A DNA stretch of 64,000 bases from the human T2T-CHM13v2.0 reference genome, Homo sapiens. Where the stretch lies: assembly GCF_009914755.1 (NCBI RefSeq), contig NC_060937.1, one strand, 5' to 3'. Shown here one piece after another: positions 56,013-64,000 of this stretch (position 1 is its first letter; each line of letters begins with the position of its first letter). The notes under the pieces are model-generated. The model saw only the letters and a list, made by a program, of their open reading frames with translations. It had not been told where the DNA came from and ran no database searches. A program made the translations under genes and the position numbers.

Positions 56013-56042
56013 AAAGTTGAATGAATTCACTGTTTGTTTAAG

Positions 56043-56250
56043 CAGGGGTCAGTAAAGTAGGTCTTGCAACAAATCTGTCCTGTTACCTATCTTCGTAATC
56101 AGTTTTCTTGGAACAGAGTCATGTTCTTTCTTTTTCTTTTACACGTTATCTATAATTTCTTCAGTGCTACAAAGGCAGTTTTGAGCAAGTGTGGTTGATT
56201 GTATGGCCCACAAAGGCTAAAATGTTTATGGATCTTAAAAGAAAAATTCT
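56043..56250 (+). mobile_element. MER58A hAT MITE
   Basis: CAGGGGTCAGTAAA...TTGGAACA...GTATGGCCCACAAAG.CTAAAAT. Confidence 0.75.
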
Positions 56251-56909
56251 AGAGGAATTGATTGAGAATAAGAAAATTACATACACATACACATACACAC
56301 ACATACTCACACAAAAACACAAGTGGCAATTGGTGAGGCACTCAATGCCTTTTTAACAAATGCTTTTTGTGATTATATATGCAGATTTTTTTTCCTTTTG
56401 CTTGCAACTAGGCTGTCAAACTGGTAGATACCCATCAAGGATCCCTTGTCTTATTCATATCCATAGTACACCTTAGAAGAGTATAAACACCTTAGAAGAG
56501 TGATTATTCATCCACTTAAAGTCAAGTGGATTTTACCCAGTCTGTTTCTGGTTAGGGAAAAGTCATAATAATTAGGGCAATGTCCACTGTCAAACAACCC
56601 ACTTTGTTTTTTATTTGAGATTTCAACTTAAGTTTACACTGTACAGTTGAACAAAAATTGAGAAAAAATCTGCTAAATCCCAAAAGGCAACTTATTCATT
56701 AATTATGTAAGTAGAAATACAGAATAAATGACAGATAATTTAGCATCAGCCTTGAAACACAAAGGATAAAATGTCTGATACTTTTTCCTCATAAAAACAC
56801 TTAGAGGAAGAAAATACTACAGTAGCAACTAACTGCAATGAGTATAAACAAGTATACTTCAGAATTAAAGCTAAATAATAGAACAAACTTAATCTTATAT
56901 ACAATTTGT

Positions 56910-59900
56910 TGTCTTAGGTCAGTGTCCCTAGAAACAGACTCTGGGAGGCAGGTTTGTACTCAGGCAGTTCATTGGAGAGTGAAAGATGTAGGATTGCTCA
57001 GAGAGTGGATTTGAACTGTAGTTCAGTGACCACGGAGGCTTCATCAGTCAGTCCCACAACAGAAGCTTCATCAGTCAGTCCCACGGAGAGCTCTGGAATT
57101 GAGATGGCCCTTCAAAATGGCCCTGCCTGGAGGAAAAAGTATCCAGTCTCTGAATGTGGACGGTTCCAAGAAGATAAGGTAAACTTGAATGAGGAGACTC
57201 TCTTTAGCCAAAGGTAATTCCTCAACATTATCTCAGTTGAGCCCTCAGCTGCCAATACTCCCAGCAGCCAGAGGAAGTAGTGCCTAAGTCTTCAGGAAGG
57301 GACCTGAATAATAGGCCATGACTTGCATTATATAATAGTTCATGCTTTGTACTGCTTTATTCTGTATTCTTTATATGAGTACTTCTAGGAAGAGCTGCAG
57401 AATTGTTGCTCTCTTTTCCTGGGAAACATATGAGGGAAGTTGGCGGAAACAAACTAGAGGCTGCCAGTGATGCTCATTTTCTCTTTCTTCTATAAAGCAT
57501 TCCAGACTTCTGTCACCATCTAAGGGGTTTGTCTGGTGGCAAGATTCAGACCATCAGCCTTGGGGGATCTGAATCTCTGATCATCATGACTTTCTTAGTC
57601 TGTGAATGCTACACACATCCATTTATTATCAAAACTGAACCAAGTAATACCAAGAGCACCTCTGTAAGTCATCTAAATGCCGAAGATATTCCCCTCTACC
57701 CTCATCGTTGTTTTCTATTTTACTCTTTGCCTGTATTTTTTTATTGTAGTAATAATATTTTTCGTGATATCTGCCTTTTTACAAATTTGTATGTGTGCAA
57801 TATGGTATTGTTATATAGAGGCACAAGGTATAGCAAATATCTTGAACTTAATTATCTTGAACAACCGAAACTTTATACTTGTTGCGTAGCAATTCCCTCC
57901 TTCCTCCTCTCCTCAGTACCTGGCAACCACCATTCTATTCTCTGCTTCTGTATGTTTGGCTATTTCAGATATCTCATGTTAGTGAAATCATGCAGTATTC
58001 ATCCTTCTGTGACTGGCTTATTTCCCTCAGTATAACGAAGCTACTAGGGAAAACAGTACGGTAGTTCCTCAAAAAATTAAAAAATAGAAATGTCATATGA
58101 TCCTGAAATCCCACTTGTGGGTATTTATCCAAAACAATTAAAATCACCATCTCAAAGAGAGATTTGTACATCTGTGTTCATTAAAGCATCGATCACAATA
58201 GCAAGACATGGAAACAATTAAATGTTCATCAATGGCTACATGGATAAGAAAATGTGGTATATACATATAATGGAACACTAGTCAGCTTTTAAAAAGGAGG
58301 AAATCTTGACATGTAACAACATGGATTAACCTGGGGGACATTATGTTAAGTAAAACAAATTAGCCCCCATTTTCAACACCCTACACCCTTCAAATTAGCA
58401 TTGTCGATTGCACTACCAGGATCATGACTCCTTTCCTTGCTAACTGATCTTTTCACCTAAGGAACACAAAGTTATTCAATGGCACCCATAGCTTGAAGTT
58501 TAATTTTATTTTTACGTATCCTCTTACACAGGACCATTTCTCTCTGGAAACCAAGACGTCAAACTTTTAAAGTCCAAACTTACGAGAAAGGAAATCACAA
58601 ATCACCTGAAGTCAAGTGGGAGACAGATAGTAGGCTACTCTTTCTACCTTTTGGTTCCTAAATTGATGCTTTTCATTTATTGAAGATGTGGTGCTATATA
58701 ACCTTATTTGACGTATAGCTTATAGTGCATTCTGAAGAATGGCACTACATCCTTGGGGCACTGTCTCCAAACTGGCACTAAAGATGTAGCTTCAAAAGTC
58801 TATTTAATTACTCTTTCATGATGGCAGCTTCTGCATGGGGCAATGTGAGACAATACGGAAATGTCAGAAGAAAAAGCAAAGCCGATTCCCAATATGTGTC
58901 ATTTTAAGTCAAGATATATCACTCCCCTTGTAGAATGCAAGAAGGACGACATAATCAATTGTGACTGAGTTGTTGTCATTAGATCTCTTCATGTGGTGAT
59001 GCTGTACTAGGATATAGCATGGGTCTCGTACTGGCAGGTTGTACTTCCAACAGAAGCAGTAATTGGGTCAGTCTATATGAGTAGAGAATACAGTGTTGGG
59101 CCAACTCACACCCCATATCCTCCACAGCTGTATTATGGATACATTATAACTGCCCATCATACCAGCATTGGGCTGGCCAACATTAGTTGGTGAAGTCATT
59201 CTGCCTACTTGGTTATGTATTGCCTTTTCCTAACACATGGTTTTTCAAGTGGAGTTATCCAAACATTGCCATCCCAAGTCTCAGGATCCCCCTTTTCTCC
59301 AATGAAAGCCTTATGTCTGTATAGAAGACTAGCTAAGGAAGAGAATCCAAACTTCTTTAGTACTCTACTACTCTTAAAATTAAGTGCTAGGCTTTATCAT
59401 CAGCACTTTCTGCCCCACCTGCTGCAGTAAATGAGTCTTTTTATATACTGCAAAAGAGACCCTCTGACTTTTACAGATGGCTCTCATTTGATCAACTAAT
59501 CACCATCATCATTTTATTGCTTTTCTCCAAGGCATTCATGTTTATTGTCTTTGCCATTACCCCTGCACTTTAACCTCTCTAGGTTCAACCATCACCCATC
59601 TCCCATCACCCATTAATACATTCTCTTTCATTGGTATCTCATCTAACTTCACCACTAGGGGGAAAAAAAAAAAAGGAAAAAAATAGCTTAACAAATTGTA
59701 GCACATGGTATGTCAAGGACAGTGGGACACCTACCACCAGTGATGGGATAATTAGTCTTAGCTCCCCAGTAGATGACTCAGCACCCAAACTCTATTTTAC
59801 AGTCTGTTTCCTTGGATTGTTTCAGGCATTAACTCTCTTAGGCAGGGTTTTCTATGGAACAGACTCTGAGACTGATATTTGCGTGCAAGGTATAATTGGG

Positions 59901-60072
59901 GAGTGCTCTTGGAATCAACTACGATGAGAAAATAAAAGAAAAAAAATCATCAGAGAGAGGCATTGACTGCAGTGCAGTCATAATAAAGGTCTTACTCAAT
60001 TCCACAAAATCCTGGAGCCAAGATGGCCTTGTAGAATTCTCCCAAATTAAGGCAAGGGACCAGGAATTCATG
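56910..60072 (-). mobile_element. Ancient ERVL provirus remnant (LTR16-like LTRs at 56910-57333 and 59834-60072; HERV16/ERV3-16A3-like internal region)
   Basis: Two homologous segments TCTTAGG...AACAGACTCTG...ATTGG(A/G)GAGTG...AGATGGCC. On the minus strand, the internal sequence next to the right LTR reads ...CCCATCACTGGTGGTAGGTG. Confidence 0.7.
57737..58362 (-). mobile_element. 5'-inverted L1MA-like insertion inside the ERVL (3' part minus 57737-58036; inverted part plus 58039-58362)
   Basis: Antisense 3' UTR (CCTGGCAACCACCATTCTA...GTGACTGGCTTATTTC) abuts a sense ORF2 end (GTTCCTCAAAAAATTAAAAATAGAA...GGACATTATGTTAAGT). Confidence 0.85.
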
Positions 60073-60997
60073 CATTTAATAACAATTAAACCAAACATTT
60101 CTCTAAATAAGCTGATTCAGAGAAAGATATAGAAGAATAGTGTCTGCAGCTGTTGTAAAATTTTTCTGCATATAGCTAAGATCACAATACAGGTTGGTCA
60201 TTTCTCTCTTCTCTATAAGCCCTTTCCCTAATATAAATTAAGTAGGAAGACGTGATAAGTCATACTCACATGCTTGTTTTCATTAGAACAGAAGTACATT
60301 GACATCCTTTTTTTATTAATGTTTTTACTTCTTTGAAGGACATGAAAAGTTGAACCTAGGAAGCCCATTTTCAGGTTTTATAGTCTAGCCTGAAGGAAAG
60401 CCCAGATGCTGTAACAGGAGCTGAATTAGGAGAAAGGGAAAATAGATCCACATTTTTCTTTCAATCTTAACACTAAACTTTCTTGAACAATGAATTCTGG
60501 TGAAGAAGAATATTTCAGAGGGGCTCTATACTGCTTATTTTTGTCCTCTTTTCCTCAAGCAAAGATAAATATTTTGTTGATTAATCAAATATTATGCTTA
60601 AGTTTATATGTATGTGTCCTAAACATGACTGGCATAAAGTCTGACATAGTTTTCATATTGGCCACTAGATGGGTATGGAAACACAAAAATGCAAAAAAAA
60701 TGTTTTTATACAAACTTTTATAAAGATTTATAGTTTTCAAAAAAATCACTTAGAATGATTTAGAATATTATAACTAATTTTTATTAAAATTTTTATTTGA
60801 ACTTTATTAGATACCTTAAGATATTTGGGGAAGCAAATATTTGCCAATATGGAAATAATTGAAGATTTTAATTTTTGATTTTTATATTTAGTTTACACGT
60901 TTGATAATGTAGTTATTACATAATATGTATACTATATTATTTCATACTTTAGATGATTACCAATAATTGTGTATTATATAACAAATACTGATTAACC

Positions 60998-61284
<287 letters not shown>

Positions 61285-61407
61285 TATATATATATATAGA
61301 TAGATTATCATCATAATAATTATTTTAAAGTGAAGCCTTTTACATTTTATATATTATTCAAGAATTTAGAATATATTTTACATGTTACTATTTAATCTTT
61401 AGATCAT

Positions 61408-61784
61408 TGCCCCACGCCTCTGAAGGCTGAGAGATTATATGCTATTTACCAGCTAATTTGTTCGAAGACTTCTAGGTCACAGGCCAAGACATTTTATAAC
61501 TCATAGCAATGGTGGTAGCTAAAATGTCAGCACTTTTGTGGTAATTCCCCAATCCCCACTTCCCACAAGGCTACTCAAATAGAACAGTGCATTGCCTTAG
61601 AGGAGAAGAAATCCAAACTTAGCAGACACAAATTATTCATAATGACAGTGAGCAACACTATCTTCCAAGGCTATTCAATATACAAACATTCTTGGAAAAA
61701 ATTCTGAAACAAAGGGCAATCAGTGATTCTGCTTACAAAAACATGCAGAAACATGAAAGACCCGTAACAAGTTGTCTCCCAACA
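61408..61784 (-). mobile_element. ERVL-class LTR (MER76-like)
   Basis: Reverse complement starts TGTTGGGAGACAA...GGGTCTTTCATGTTTCTGCATG...AGCCTTGGAAGATAG. Confidence 0.6.
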
Positions 61785-63395
61785 ATTATTACTGCCAATA
61801 AAATAAAAAGTATATAAAAATCTTGATTTTTAACAAATGCATTTTATTCTTGAGTAAGACAAAATCTTTATAGAACAAATATTTTTAAAATAATTACTTT
61901 TTTTTAAATTTTCTAACTAAATATTGCCTTCCAATCAATGGAATATACAGATATTTGCAGTAATAATTAAATTCAGTCATCTTTGATATTTTACATACTT
62001 TCACTTATAGAAAAGCTATAGCTATACATATATCCTTTAAAAAATCTTTTCCCCTTTACAATATATTTGACATGGTAGGACAACAGGATATATTTTAATT
62101 AACAATTTGTATCTTGATTTATAATTTAAAAATATGTATATATATTGTATATGGGTCTCCATTTGTACTTTTATGCCATCAATAGCATTTTTTGTGTGTG
62201 TCAATTCACCTCATTTCTCTACCATATCCCTTTGTACAATCTAGTTAAAAATAGTAAGGTTTTAGCCACCTCATTTGAAATCTAATTGGAATATATCGAC
62301 TGAGCTAAGCGACTATTCACCACTGCCCAAGTCACTGTGACATTTTCATTTGTTAGATGAACATTTAGCATCACTAACTGAAAACACTTTTTCTATAGCA
62401 TGTCTTAACTTAAATTTTTAACCTAACATATGTCATATGAATACATCCTCATATCACTGTGCAGAATAACAGAAGAATATTCATGTTGGAGAACATTAAA
62501 AAAAATTTAATATGTCACAAATATGTCACTAAATGTACACAAGAACAGAAGTTCCAAGTCTCAGCGTCAAGTGGATAAGATGAATTAGGAATGTCTTCCC
62601 TAGTAATTTAAATGTCATTTTTAACTTTATGTTTCCCATTTGACAAACCATTATAGAAAATATATGGAAATAGAAATTGCCAAAATTTCAGCAACCCTGT
62701 GTTATTAAGAATTCAAATGAACATACAAATGTATGGTAGATTGTATACCAAACCACCATACTGTGGGCCCTTATCCCTATAAATCTTAGTGGTTAGTATC
62801 TCAGGCCATACATAAGCCATGAAAGTTCATTTATAATTGTAGGTTGTCAGGTGGAATTGAATATTGAATTAAAATTACAGCGACTTGCACAAAATTGAAT
62901 TTATAATTATACAGAGCCATTATTTAAAGCACAGAAATTTCTTCCAAAGAGATAATTTTAAAAACAAGGCACTTGAGTGCTTATGTTTATTGCAGTTTTC
63001 AGCACCACTATTTCCCCACACATATACACTAATGGACCACTAAATATATATGCCTTTTTAAAAAATAACTTATCTTTGTGCAGTTATTTTTATCTTAGCA
63101 ATTTGAGATGGGAGTTAATGTGCCCCTGTAGAAAATTTGGATTTTTAACAGTGTGTTTCATGGTATATTTGATAAAGAAACATGTATATTAAAAATTTTA
63201 ATTGCACAAGCAGCTCCTCTAGCTTTACTCTAGAAAAAAATAGTACTAATACCATCAGTCATTAGTTGGTGTACTAAGCCTTCCGTACACCATTTTTTGG
63301 GTACTAAGTTCTTTTTATATAATCACACATCAAATAGGTTTTCCTCTAGTTTTTCCAACAGTTTCATAGTTTAGTTATTATATGTACTGCTATGA

Positions 63396-63790
<395 letters not shown>

Positions 63791-63824
63791 ACACACTATT
63801 TTTTATATTGCAGCAGTCTTGGTT

Positions 63825-64000
63825 TGAGGTGTTTTTTTTTTAATGTAGATATGCAATTGATTCAGTACCATTTGTTTAAAAGAATATTTAATTGTGTTAG
63901 TTCATTTTTTTGACATTTGGTTGTCCCGAAATATGTAGGGGTGTATCTTGATTTTCTCTTCAAATTATCTATATATTCATCCTTTTGCCAATACCACAAT
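63825..64000 (-). mobile_element. Old L1M ORF2 fragment
   Basis: GATATGCAATTGATTCAGTACCATTTGTT...TGCCAATACCAC are antisense ORF2 motifs. Confidence 0.7.

Noticed and set aside
56468-56501. Short direct duplications (also 5417-5442, 28358-28390, 36841-36882)
   Set aside because: Ordinary slippage duplications with no further signal.
57529-58035. 168-aa ORF
   Set aside because: Spans ERVL-int and antisense L1 3' UTR; a chance ORF.
63267-63298. 8-bp hairpin followed by T6 (terminator-like)
   Set aside because: No Pol III A/B boxes seen upstream, and intrinsic terminators do not apply to this DNA.

Overview
AT-rich primate (human/ape-like) genomic DNA, intergenic or deep-intronic. No protein-coding gene can be supported: every listed ORF is Alu-, L1-, LTR- or microsatellite-derived, or a short random ORF. 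Roughly half the window is interspersed repeat: about 20 Alus (J/S/Y), several L1s, ERV1/ERVL/MaLR LTRs, a MaLR and an ERVL provirus remnant, Tigger1, Tigger4, MER58A, and L2/MIR fragments. The best leads lie in repeat-poor stretches: (i) a minus-strand minimal type-I hammerhead-ribozyme-like motif at about 39035-39067, resembling those of Penelope-like elements; (ii) minus-strand exon candidates, including a 27-nt microexon at 25979-26005; (iii) three adjacent palindromes at 12554-12668; and (iv) several unusual rearrangements (templated insertion in Tigger1, a deleted and inverted L1, two twin-primed L1s). Repeat subfamily names come from recalled consensus sequences, not database searches, and boundaries without a TSD are approximate.
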